A stretch of DNA of 64,000 nt, from positions 79,422,001 to 79,486,000 of the forward strand of contig OX597826.1 in NCBI GenBank assembly GCA_951406725.2. Direction: 5' to 3'. The notes beneath the pieces were generated by a model, which was given only the letters and a program-made list of their open reading frames with translations, did not search any database and was not told the origin of the DNA. How positions within the stretch are numbered: the stretch's first letter is position 1; each line of letters starts with the position of its first letter. The translations under genes were made by a program, and so were the position numbers. This document shows, one piece after another, positions 32,691 through 44,269 of this stretch. This DNA is from Octopus vulgaris (lineage: Eukaryota).

Positions 32691-32942
32691 AATGTTGCAC
32701 AATCTTGTTTGCTATGTTTGCAAAGTTTTCCCAATGCAGGCAGTCAGCAAAATCTCAACATTGCCATTAACAGCAGGAATAGTACCAATCGAAACAGCGC
32801 AAAAATGAAGTCTCCATTAGGTTTTTATCAGGAGGCAGGAAGAGAAATATTGCTTTCTATATTGGCCGCAAGGGCTAGCAGTAGAGTGATAGGGTAATAC
32901 TTTATTAGCCACAGGGGCTAGAAGAAGAGAAATAATACTTAC

Positions 32943-33025
32943 AACTTTTAATGACGACTGAACACACCTGCGTATCGAGTGGAAATTTCTCAAGTGTCAT
33001 TGGACATGCCGATGTCATTGTTAGC
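32943..33025 (-). CDS. Cys-loop anion channel exon (signature Cys loop)
   Basis: ttttcaAG acceptor, T|GTAAGT donor; 83 nt, phase 2 to 1; LTMTSACPMTLEKFPLDTQVCSVVIKS contains C-x13-C with FPLD. Confidence 0.96.
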
Positions 33026-33156
33026 CTTGAAAATAGAAAAAGAGAGAATGAAAGAGAGAGAGAGAGAGAGAGAGAGAGAAGGAGGGAGATAGAGAGAAGG
33101 AGGGAGAGAGAGAGAAGGAGGGAGAGAGAGATAGAAGGAGGGAGAGAGAGAGAGAG

Positions 33157-33360
33157 ATTTTGTTTGTGAAATGAAACAATTGTTGGTGAAAATGTTGATT
33201 AATTAATAAACTGATTTGCATCCATTCGATCTCTCTTCTAACTCGATAAAAATGTTCGATATTTTACGATATTCTATATATTCATTGAAGAATTACTTCT
33301 TCAAAATTTAATACATTATCCCTAGAAGAGGTTTAAATATCCTCATTATGACTAATATAT
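33157..33360. repeat. Right arm of ~200-bp inverted repeat (partner 31731-31933)
   Basis: attttgtttgtgaaatgaaacaattgttggtg...cctcattatgactaatatat is the reverse complement of the left arm. Confidence 0.92.
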
Positions 33361-33584
33361 GTTTACTCTGTAAATGTTTTTGGGTATAAAAATAGGTAGA
33401 CCGATCGATAGATTGCTATGTTTGTCTGTTGGTAGATAGGTTATCACGTGCATATTCAAGAAATTGGTTAACAGTCATTGAGCTCCAATATGGCTGCATG
33501 GTTAACAATTTCGCTTTGAGATTATTTGATTTCTTAGGAAAATATATTGTACCATAGCGTTGTGTGTGTGTGTGGGGGGGAAGC

Positions 33585-34370
33585 AAAGTTAGCTTCGGTA
33601 GGATTTGAACTCAGAACGTAAAGAGCAGGAAGAAATATCACAAAGCATTTTGCACGAAATGCAACGATTCTACCAATCCACATTCCTACATAATAATTAT
33701 TTCAATTTTTTTCCACAAGGGCAGCTTGGGGGAGGTGAGGATAAGTCGATTACATCGACCCCAGTGTTCAGCTGGTACTTAATCTATCAACCCCGAAAGG
33801 ATGAACGGCAAAGTCGACCTCAGCGGAATTTGAACTCAGATCGTAAAGACGGACGAAAAGGCGCAAAGCATTTCGCCTGGCGTGCTAACGATTCTGCCAG
33901 CTCACCGCCTTAAACAATCCTACATAATAATGCTTTCGAATGTTGGCACAAGACCAGGAATTTCGGGAAGGTGGAAAGTCGATTACATCGACTCCAGTAT
34001 ATGACTGGTACGTATTTTGTCGACCCGAAAAGGATGAAAGGTAAAAGTTTACCTCGGCGGAATTTGAACTTAGAACGTAAAGACGGACGAAATGCCGCTC
34101 AACATTTCGCCCGGCGTGCCAACGATTCTGCCAGCCCACCGCCTTCTTAACAACAATAATAATCCTTTCTACTATAGGCACAAGACCTGAAATTTTGGGG
34201 GAGGTGGCTGGTCAATTACATGTACCCCAGTATTCAACAGGTACTTATTTTATCGACCCTGGAAGGATGAAAGGCATTGTCGCCCTCGGCGCATTTGAAC
34301 TCAGAACGTAAAGATGGGCGAAGTGCCGCTAAACATATTGACTGTCACGCTAACGGGTATGCCTTCTTAA
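33585..34370 (-). mobile_element. Head-to-tail cluster of about four family A SINE copies
   Basis: atttgaact(c/t)aga recurs at ~33603, 33828, 34062 and 34293. Confidence 0.88.
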
Positions 34371-34419
34371 CGGCAATAATAATAATAAGAAATTCCTCAA
34401 CAAAATCTCTCTTACTTAC

Positions 34420-34646
34420 CGTGCACGATATACCACTGTCCCATTCCGATGGAGGTGCATCATCTTGTTCGGTACTGTCACCTCATGGAAGGACGCCTTT
34501 TTTTCGTTAGCGAAATATAAATCAGGCACCCAAATACAATTCATGATACGGGTGTCGAGTTCTAGAATCTCTGCATTACTCATCCCAGTGTAATTCAATC
34601 TGGGGTCAGTCCATTTCTGCGTTATTATGAAGTTCATTGTGTAGTC
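34420..34646 (-). CDS. Cys-loop anion channel exon (loops D, A, E)
   Basis: cAG acceptor, CG|GTAAGT donor; 227 nt, phase 0 to 2; DYTMNFIITQKWTDPRL...IWVPDLYFANEKKASFHEVTVPNKMMHLHRNGTVVYRAR (within ORF 34416..34790). Confidence 0.96.
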
Positions 34647-34924
34647 CTGGATGACGGAAAGGTAAAATGGTTCAGGTGTGAGTGAAGCAAGAAACTCATA
34701 TAAAATAAGAAATAGACACTGCAAGAAATCTCCCCCTCTCTCTTTCTCTCTCTCTCTCTCTTCCCTCCCCCCTCTCTCTCTCACACACACACGTGCGTAG
34801 GACGAAATTTGCTCGGGAGGTGGAAACCCAATTTTTCAAGAGGATGTTCAAAAGTTTTCTTTGCCTCGCTTCCCAAAATTTTAGGGTTTTCATTTGCACG
34901 CCCCATTCTCATGCATACAAACAC

Positions 34925-34960
<36 letters not shown>

Positions 34961-34977
34961 GCAAACGAGCACATATA

Positions 34978-35693
34978 TGTTGGCTTGTCTGATAAATCCG
35001 TTCGTTTCTTTCCAATGTTATTTGAATTAACACGAAAAACATTTTTATCGCAAAGTTTTATGCTTTTCTTTAGCATTTCTATTCTTCCTCGGCAAAGTTT
35101 CTTTGTTACTTTTGAAATTTGAATAAATTTTGCTTCATTTTAGAATATAACGAGAAAAATGAGACACCTGCTTCTATTCGCTTTCAATCAAGGTTCTAAA
35201 GCTGCCAAAACCACTCAAGAAATTTGTGCTAATACTGAAAAAAGTGCACAGAAATGGTTTTCACGGTTCACGGAGGAGTGGGTGGAATTCGATCTCAGTA
35301 TTTTCACCGACCGACTTGTTCACTTCAATGGGAAACGATTGAACGAGATCATCGAAGAGTATCTGCACTAATCAATTAGGAAGTTGGTCCAGCACATGGG
35401 ATGCTCTCGAGATGCGCCATCGTCCGTCTCTCGGTGTATGGAAGCCACGCGGCCAGAATAAAAGAGACAAACTCCAGCCCCCACGTCGCCAATGTGACCA
35501 AAAATGCTATCCAAGAGCACGAATATAGATGCTCTATCACACTCATCCTATTCTTCTGATATGGCACCTTCAGATTATTACTTTTTACAGTCGCTTTGCA
35601 ACAGTCTGCGAGGCGATTTGTTCAACAATGACATGGAACAAGTTATTGGATTGTTGGTCAGAAGTCGTGAACAATGAAGGAAAATATATTTTT
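34978..35693 (+). mobile_element. Mariner transposase pseudogene remnant, internally deleted
   Basis: RHLLLFAFNQGSKAAKTTQEIC..AQKWFSRF..FDLS (HTH region) and downstream PHVANVTK..SYSSDMAPSDYY (YSPDLAPSDY motif). Confidence 0.85.
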
Positions 35694-35694
35694 T

Positions 35695-36225
35695 GGCACA
35701 AGAGCAGCAATTTAGGGTGGAAGGGGTTAATCGATTATATAGAGCCCAGAGCTTGACTGGTACTTATTTTATCGATCACAAAAGAGTGAAAGGCAAACTC
35801 GATCTTGGCGGAATATTCTTTTCTACTTTAGGCACAAGGCCCGAAATATTGGGGGAGGGGGTCAGTCGATTAGATCGACCCCAGTACGCAACTGGTACTT
35901 AATTTATCGATCCCGAAACGATGAAAGGCAAATTCAACCTCGGCGGAATTTGAACTCAGAACGTAAAGACAGACGAGATAACCACGTGCTAAGATTTCTG
36001 ACAGATCGCCTCTTGGCGGAATATTGTAGGAGAATATATCCCTTTCTTCTCGAAAATTTTGGGAAGGGGGGCAGTCGATTAGATCGACCCCAGTACACAA
36101 CTGGTACTTAATTTCTCTACCCCGAAAGGATGAAAGGCAAAGTGACATAAAGACAGACGAAATAACCGCTGAGTATTTCGCCCGGCGTGCTAACGTTTCT
36201 GCCTGCTCGCCTCTTGGCGGAATAT
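35695..36225 (-). mobile_element. Cluster of about three partial family A SINEs
   Basis: ctggtactta recurs at ~35757, 35892 and 36101. Confidence 0.85.
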
Positions 36226-36753
36226 TAAAGGAGAATATATCATTCGCTGATATGTTAAAATTGTTGATAAAAACTAAAAATGAGAATAAATGAAACAAAA
36301 AAGTAAAGCACGAATATAACTGGCAAACCAACACATACATACATACATACATACATACATAAATACAAAAATACCCTGCTGTTGATGTTGAAATTCCAAT
36401 GAAGGAGCCTTAAATCTAGGTTAGAAACCAGTTCTTTCTCTATTGGTAAGAAATTTTGAAATAAACTGAATAATGACATACATGCATACAAACATATAGC
36501 CAGACAGACAGACACACAGACACACACACATACATACATACACACGTGTATATATACCCGAATATACACGCATATGTACATGCACATGCATATATTTCTC
36601 ATATAAGTTAGGGTTCTGCTTTTTTTGACGCTGAATAATGCGCGAATTAATAAGGATCAAAGTTTTTATTTATCGAGAAATCGTATCTGTTTATCCTTAA
36701 TAAAAAGTAAAACTGAGTGTAATAAATAATAATTGAATTGAATGTCAGCTTAC

Positions 36754-36821
36754 CATAGCCGATTCACGAATGGAGTCGAAACTGCTAATATAAATATGAA
36801 CTTTAACTTCTGTTGGCACAT
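36754..36821 (-). CDS. Cys-loop anion channel exon (beta1/loop 2)
   Basis: ttttttttAG acceptor, ATG|GTAAGC donor; 68 nt, phase 1 to 0; (D)VPTEVKVHIYISSFDSIRESAM, homologous to GlyR [21 protein letters not shown]. Too short for the ORF track. Confidence 0.93.
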
Positions 36822-37339
36822 CTAAAAAAAAGGAAATGTAAATGAAATGAAAGGTGAGCTGTTATTTGGCAGACGAAACAACTCTGGAAAAAACTAAAAT
36901 AGAACATCTGTATTTTATTGACTAAATCGTAAATCATATTAATCTTCTATCGAAGAAACAAAGGCCATAAAAACGAAATGTTTTGTTTTTTTTTTACAAT
37001 CAAACTCTGTAGAAAATATATAAAAGCAAACAAACAATGGGGAAGTTTCACACGTGTGATGCATTGAATTGAAAAGCAACGATTATCTGAGATTATCCAG
37101 GCAGTTTGCAGAGGAAATTTTAGGGATAGTCAAAAGTTGGAAGCATAAAAAAAGGTGGAAATAACTCTGATGAAATCGAATGCAATTTTTGAAAAATATG
37201 GAAAATATAACAAGTAAACTTCCGGGAGCAAAGGATGTTTGGGGCTTATTGGAGCTCCTCAGTTGGCAAGCGTATGAGTGGGTAATATACATACATACAT
37301 ACATACATACATACATACATACATACATACATACATACA

Positions 37340-37373
<34 letters not shown>

Positions 37374-37488
37374 CGTAAGTACATACATATATACATGTAC
37401 ACACATTCTCTCTTTCACGAGTGATAAACTCCTAACGCTCAAGGCCAGTGCCCTCACTTAATATATATAAATATATATATTATACGTG

Positions 37489-37560
<72 letters not shown>

Positions 37561-37563
<3 letters not shown>

Positions 37564-37790
37564 ATCAAAATAAGCAACAAGTATATCCATGGTAGAGTAG
37601 TACAATTGTTTCATGCTACTTCATTTTCATGCTACAATTGTACTACTCTACTTTGGATATACTTGTTACTTATTTTGATTATTTTGATTATAATCACCCC
37701 ATTTGATTTATATGGATAATACCATACAAAATTCTGGTGCCTTTAACCATATTCATCTGAATCTAAATTTTGCTGAACTTATATATATAT
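37561..37790. repeat. 49-bp hairpin (37561-37609 / 37634-37682) plus a segment that is an inverted copy of 43633-43800
   Basis: Arms match at 46 of 49 positions; remainder is reverse complementary to the TA-adjacent element at 43633. Confidence 0.85.
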
Positions 37791-38181
37791 ATATATAGCG
37801 ACGTGCGTTTATATATTTCTGTATGCGAGCCGATTTCCGCGCAAAAATTGAGTTCCCGAAGAAATTTGGGTTGTGCTTTGCTCTTTTAATCCTCTTTGAC
37901 AATGAAGAGATGAATTCGTTATTATTACTTTTTGTGATAAAGTTATTGACTTTTTTGAACCCGTGTCTTTCGGAACAATGTATTTAGGTCGATGTTCACT
38001 ATAATCATAACTCACTTCGAGAGTTAATGTATTTTTTCTACATGTATACATCTTTTGAATGTCACAAAATAAATACATTTTCTAATTGCATCATTTTCCA
38101 ATCACTCACTCTACGAAATGGTATATACGCCGTGATGTATTTGGAATTATACTTCGGATGCTTAACCACCCGCAACACAAG

Positions 38182-38236
<55 letters not shown>

Positions 38237-38740
38237 CATTCATTATATATGTATATATATACACACACAAATATTATATATAATTATATTTATATACATA
38301 CATACATAATACATACATACATACATACATACATACATACATACATACATACATACATACATACATACATACATAATAGATACATAATACATATATACAT
38401 ACATACATACATATATATATATATATATTTGTGTGTTAAAAAGCTATTAACTGTTGCTCGCAATAAATTTGTTTTTGTGTGCAGACGAATTGATAATTCG
38501 GTCAGGTCCTCTGACTTCCGACATTAAACCAGGGTTACATCACAAAGAATTTTAAATGTAACTCTTGATATTAGCTCAGTTTTAAAGGTTTTTCGTGTCA
38601 AAACTGGGAAAGCGCTTCACTAAGTGCTTTGCAATATTTAGCCGTCACTCGGCATTTTGCCCAACACATCCGAAACTGCAAGTGTTGACTTTGTTTTTCA
38701 TTCTTTGCTTATCAATGTAATATACCGTACAAGCAATATG

Positions 38741-39124
38741 GAAGCACTCCGTCGGTTACGACGACGAGGGTTCCGGTTGATCCGAATCAACGGAACAGCC
38801 TGCTCGTGAAATTAACGTGTAAGTGGCTGAGCACTCCACAGACACGTGTAGCCTTAACGTAGTTCTCAGGGATATTCGGCGTGACACAGAGAGTGACAAG
38901 GCCGGCCCTTTGAAATACAGGTACAACAGAAACAGTAATTAAGAGTGAGAGAAAGTTGTGGTGAAAGAGTACAGCAGGGATCACCACCATCCCCTGCCGG
39001 AGCCTCGTGGAGCTTTAGGTATTTTCACTCAATAAACACTCACAACGCCCGGTCTGGGAATCGAAACCGCGATCCTATGACCGCGAGTCCGCTGCCCTAA
39101 CCACTGGGCCATTGCGCCTCCACT
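38741..39124 (-). mobile_element. tRNA-derived SINE, family B
   Basis: Minus strand begins ggaggcgcaatggcccagtggttagggcagcggactcgcgg...ggtttcgattcccagacc (A and B boxes). Confidence 0.88.
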
Positions 39125-39385
39125 ACAAGCAACATACGTTTTAGGTGTCGAGTCATTAAATACAGGTCACCCCTACAAATGTTAGGTTTTCTACCGATTT
39201 AACCAAACAATATTCTCTCTAGTCTAAAGAACGGATTTTAAAGAAGTCCGTTCCAAATCAGATCATCACCTGTTACAAATATATAAAACACACATCCTAT
39301 TCCTTTTTGAGTAAAAAATGTTTTAATCCTTATCCGCAGCCTATCCCTGCATGTTAGACTCTGTGTTTAATTTACATTTCAAAGC

Positions 39386-39900
39386 TTGCAAGAACATTGT
39401 AGATTCCATTCTCCCCGTCACTTAGCAAGCAACCAACACTTCAATTTATTGTGGCTTAAACTCCCTTCCGTCCATTTCGCCAGATATATCTTCTGCCACT
39501 CTCCGAACAGAACACTTCTAACAACCAGCAACTCCCAATATCTCTTCCTATATCTATGTCACGTCTCTCAAGTAACCGCCTTCGGTGACTTCAACGCTTA
39601 CAACTCTTCTTGTCGCTCTCACTCCTCCCCTATTGATATTGTCGGTGCAGAAAATGAAGCTTTTGTTGTCCTCAACTCTCTTACATCAACCAAATTTATT
39701 TCTTGCTCGCATCTACGATCGACTCAACTCACATTGACATCACTCCTGCTTTGAAAACCAAACCTCTACCAAACCATCCCCGTGTCTGCACCAAGCGAAC
39801 CGTACAACAAGTACCTTATCCTGTCCACCAACCACACATGCTCATGGACTCTGTCTGGTCTGCCAAGGTCATGGACACAGTCCTCTTCCTGCAGACCAAA
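39386..39900 (+). mobile_element. Degenerate LINE AP-endonuclease fragment (CR1/Jockey-like)
   Basis: ORF 39386..39754 contains LLWLKL...HSPN...AFGDFNAYN...EAFVVLNSLT (GDFN motif). Confidence 0.55.
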
Positions 39901-39976
39901 CCAATGAAAACGAACAAACAAATAACAACAGCAACGATTTGAGACTGGGAAACAATAACGGTAACAGCAACGACAG

Positions 39977-40335
39977 TGGAGGCGCAAAGGCCCAGTGGTT
40001 AGGGCAGCGGACTCGCGGTCGGAGGATCGCGGTTTCGATTCCCAGACCGGGCGTTGTGTGTGTTTATTGAGTAAAAACAACTAAAGCTCCACGAGGCTCT
40101 GGCAGGGGGTAGTGGCGACCACTGTTGTACTCTTTCGCCCCAACTTTCTCTCACTCTTTCTTCCTGTTTCTTGCCCCCGACTTCCTACGCAACCGCTGAA
40201 CCTGGATGCGCATTCATCCATCCGTCGATGCTCTCGGTGTCGGGGGTTGACCTGCTTTCTCTTCTGCGGGTCTTACGAATAGCAAAGGACCACGTTTCGG
40301 ACTTCTCCCACTAATGGGACAAAGACCGCTTCACT
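39977..40335 (+). mobile_element. tRNA-derived SINE, family B with a different 3' half
   Basis: First ~180 nt nearly identical to the reverse complement of 38940-39124; sequence diverges afterwards. Confidence 0.88.
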
Positions 40336-41802
40336 TAACAAACAAACAGCAACGACAATAACAAGTATAAGCTGCATATTTCCGTGGCTCTTATTAAGTC
40401 CACTTTTACGAAACGGCAATAAGCAATTACAACGATTTCTTTATTATTCTAAAAGAAGACACAAACCAGACATGGGAACGTTTCTGTCGTGGATGGGTGA
40501 GTGGGAGACAAGGGCAAGCCACAAGTGAAAGGCGAGTCCAAGCAGATGGCTAACTATCTATACCGCACTCCGAGTACTCGCACAATACTCATACAGTACA
40601 AGGTGTGAATTGCACCTATTCGGGGAACAGAGGAACACAACTGGCCAGTGACAAGGGCTGAGTACTGGGTTAGTACTCTGGACCTGAGTACTTTGTACTC
40701 AATTCATACAAAGGGAATTGAATATGTGTCACGTAAATCCTGGCTTCAAGCAGTTTATTCTCCGTGTTGCAAACCAGTGTTTATTCTCTTCAATGTAATT
40801 TTTCTCTCTATATAAAAAGAGAGGAAGTAAACACTTCCTTTTTGTCGGCAGCCATTGCCAAAAGCGCGGGAACCGGTGACAATTAACGGATATTAATCAA
40901 TGAACTAATTATTTATTTAATTAATCAACGCCGTTAGCCGATTACATAATTTGTCAATTTCGATAAGTTGGAATTGCCATTCAGAATACAGAATTACAAT
41001 CCCATTCTGCATGATTTCCAAATTTTTTTCCCTGTTGTTTGTTGTGGCAATTGTCTGAATTGGAAAGCGGAATTGGATGCATTGTCTTGTAACCAATGGA
41101 AATGAAGTGGCATGAGAACCGAAATATCAATAACAGACTAATCGTTTGGTATCTGATTGTGCTGAAATGGTTCTAGTTATTATTATGGAAATGGCCAGGA
41201 ATTAAATCTTATCTACATTGCTTGCCTAAAACTGGAGCGGGAATATCTACCGTTGTTTGGTCTGTCGTAATAACCGCTAAATTCCTTCAAGTGACTTCCT
41301 GCTGTTTTAAAAACGAAAAAGGAACATAGAGTAACGTAGTCCTAGATACACTAGGTCTTAAGAAGAGCTGACTTGGGACTAAACAAACAAATATATTTAA
41401 TATTATTGGTACGAGTGTGGTATCAATGAGTCACTTCTGGACACAACGTGGCTTCGTTATATAAAGAGTTACACCAAAACCATGGTTCTTGTGGAGACGT
41501 TTAATTTCTAAGGTTTTGTAAGGAAATAAAATACAACCATAACCGATTCTGTAATTATTGCTCGGTTGCCGACGGGTGGACAACACTCACTATTTGGACC
41601 AAGCTGGATGTTTATATTATAAAACAACTAAAAAAAAAAGAAAGCGAAAGGGTAAAAGAAAAAGGAAAGAAAATCTTCCGAAGTTCCAAATCATCTCTTG
41701 GCGCCTGTATCCAGTTTCGGCTTCATTAAATAGCTGAGGCCAATATTTTTCCAGTTAATTTACTCCAACGATTATATATTAGCTCTGTACACAGTCCTAT
41801 AC

Positions 41803-42020
41803 CTATTTCTTTATTACCCACAAGGGGCTAAACACAGAGAGGACAAACAAGGACAGACAAACGGATTAAGTCGATTACATCGACACCAGTGCGTAACTAG
41901 TACTTATTTAATCGACCCCGAGAGGATGAAAGGTAAAGTCGACCTTGGCGGAATTTGAACTCAGAACGTAAAGACAGACGAAATACCGGCGTGCTAACGA
42001 TTCTGCCTGCTCGCCGCCTT
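41803..42020 (-). mobile_element. tRNA-derived SINE, family A
   Basis: Consensus match including the acccacaaggggctaaacac tail. Confidence 0.9.
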
Positions 42021-42065
42021 ATTCAGTCCTATACCGTTCTAATATTCACCCTAGGAAATGAATAG

Positions 42066-42290
42066 TGGAGACGCATGGTTTAGCCGTTAGGGCGTTGGAT
42101 TCATGATTGCAAGATTGTGGTTTCAATTCCTGCACATGGTGACGCATTGCATTCTTGAGCTGAACACTTCGTTTCACATTTCTCCAGTTCACTCAGCTGG
42201 CAAAAATGAGTTATCCTGCGACTGACCGGCGTCCTATCCGGGCGGGGAACATATACGCCATTGAAACCGGGAAACCAGCCCTCATGACAT
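42066..42290 (+). mobile_element. tRNA-derived SINE, family D; inverted copy at 62070-62286
   Basis: ggagacgcatggtttagccgttagggcgttggattcatgat...ggtttcaattcc...aaaatgagttatcctgcga..gaccggcgtcc, shared with the minus-strand copy. Confidence 0.8.
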
Positions 42291-42690
42291 TTTTTAAAAC
42301 TAAGAAGTGAATATTGGGAACGATATAAGGAACGCTTAAGTAAGGAGATTTGGCAGTTATTTCTGGCATCTAAACCGTCCCTTTACCTGACAGGAATAAC
42401 TGTCAAATACCCACAAAATCTCACCCTAGCGGTTTAAACACAGAAAAAGAAATTCGATACTGTAGGAAATAGAATCAAAATTCTGTTGTTGGGACACATT
42501 ACATAATTTAATCCTAGATAGACTGTGCAAAGAAAAGGTAGAACTGTTTGTTGGAATGGCATGGAACTAAACCGATAAAAGCGGTTATTAGATAAAGCAT
42601 GCGTTAGACTAACAAACAACCGTTTGCGTTGTTGCATCGGATGCTACAAACACACACACACAAAGACTCACACACACACACACACAAAGA

Positions 42691-42741
<51 letters not shown>

Positions 42742-42900
42742 ACACACAGCCTCACACACATATACGTACACACAATATGAGTAGTCTAGAAATGTTTTGG
42801 TATATAAATGTATACAGTGAGTGTGTGCGTACATAAATATACATACATAATACATACACACACACACACACATAAATATGTATATATATCTATGTGTATA

Positions 42901-42949
<49 letters not shown>

Positions 42950-42950
42950 T

Positions 42951-42998
<48 letters not shown>

Positions 42999-43766
42999 TA
43001 TGTATGTATGTATATATATGTATGTATGCATGCATGTATATATGGCATTAATTTCTCGATCCTCGCTCGTCTCCCATCAAAGGTCCCCGCTGTGTGGTGC
43101 ATTATCAATTAAGCATTAAGTCTCATTACTAAACCAACCCAAACAAGAACGACCACTTTCTATTCTTTCGAAACGGATCGAAGCTATTAGCATCGCCGCG
43201 GTCGGCTGCAGCGGGGTTTCTGGTCTCTAATGACATTCCGAATCTCGTCTCAGTCTTTCAGATCCTATCTCACACATTCTACCCACGGAGAGATAAAAAC
43301 ATTCATTTACATTTGTTTCTATTTCACAGTGGGTCCGCATTAAATGCTGTACTTTGTAGGCTTAACTTTACATTTGAAATTCTTCATTAAATGCAGTCCC
43401 TGGATCATTTAATTAATTGATACATGAGAGTATATATTTGTAAATATCTCCAATTGAAAACTCGAGATTTTTTTCTATTTTATACCAAGTTTCATTCTCA
43501 AACATATGGTTACGGGTTCAGTCCCACTGCATGGTACTTTACGAAAATGTTTTCCGACTAAAGAATTGTGAGTGGATTTGATAGGCAGAAACTAAAAGAA
43601 GCCCGTCGTGTATATATATATATATATATATATAAGTTCAGCAAAATTTAGATTCAAATGAATATGGTACTTAAGTTAGATTCACCAGAATTTTGTATGG
43701 TGTTATCCATATAAATCCATGGGGTGATTATAATCAAAATAAGCAACAAGAATATCTCCGGTAATT

Positions 43767-43850
43767 TGGTACGATCGTTTCACGCTACATCATTTTATTA
43801 AATATTGTAAGTATCACAACGGTTTTAAAATGTTGAGCAATCATCAGCCA
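43767..43850 (-). ncRNA. Hammerhead-like motif with long helix II, within TA-adjacent repeat starting at 43633
   Basis: Minus strand TGG-CTGATGA-ttgctcaacatttta...taaaatgatgtagcgt-GAAA-CGATCG-TA-CCA; intact core, palindromic helix III, only 3-bp helix I. Confidence 0.5.
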
Positions 43851-44089
43851 TTTACAGAGGTTTTCCATTAATACATAATTTTCATATCAACTGATAACAT
43901 TATTGCGAAGGTTGTTATATAGACAAAGATGTCGATTTAAATTTTAAGAACATTAAGGTAGTAGAGTTTATCTTCTGACTGAAGAATATTCTTTAAGTTA
44001 TTTTGAACAACTAGAAGGTTGGGAAGTACATTCAGTTGAGAGGAGACAAAAGAGATTTTCTATTTATAGAAATTTTCATGAAACATGAA

Positions 44090-44221
44090 AACACAGAGAA
44101 AACACAACAACGCGAGGACGTGGAACAAGTATTGGACGCCCAGGAAAGGGAAGAAAGAAGGAGGATTCAACGTTTCGAGCGGAGCTCTTTGTCAGAAACA
44201 TGGGAAAAGGAAAGATCCAAG

Positions 44222-44225
<4 letters not shown>
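44090..44225 (-). mobile_element. Short TA-associated repeat with hammerhead-like motif; close copy at 54655-54855, related pieces at 46110-46205 and 19680-19770
   Basis: Shared aacacaacaacgcgaggacgtggaacaa...aacgtttcgagcggagctctt(t/c)gtc; minus strand CTGACAA or CCGACGA-a-GAGC tcc GCTC-GAAA-CG-TT. Confidence 0.7.

Positions 44226-44269
<44 letters not shown>

Noticed and set aside
38741-40060. tRNA-like sequences with A and B boxes
   Set aside because: They are SINE heads continuing into repeated bodies; no complete cloverleaf or terminator.
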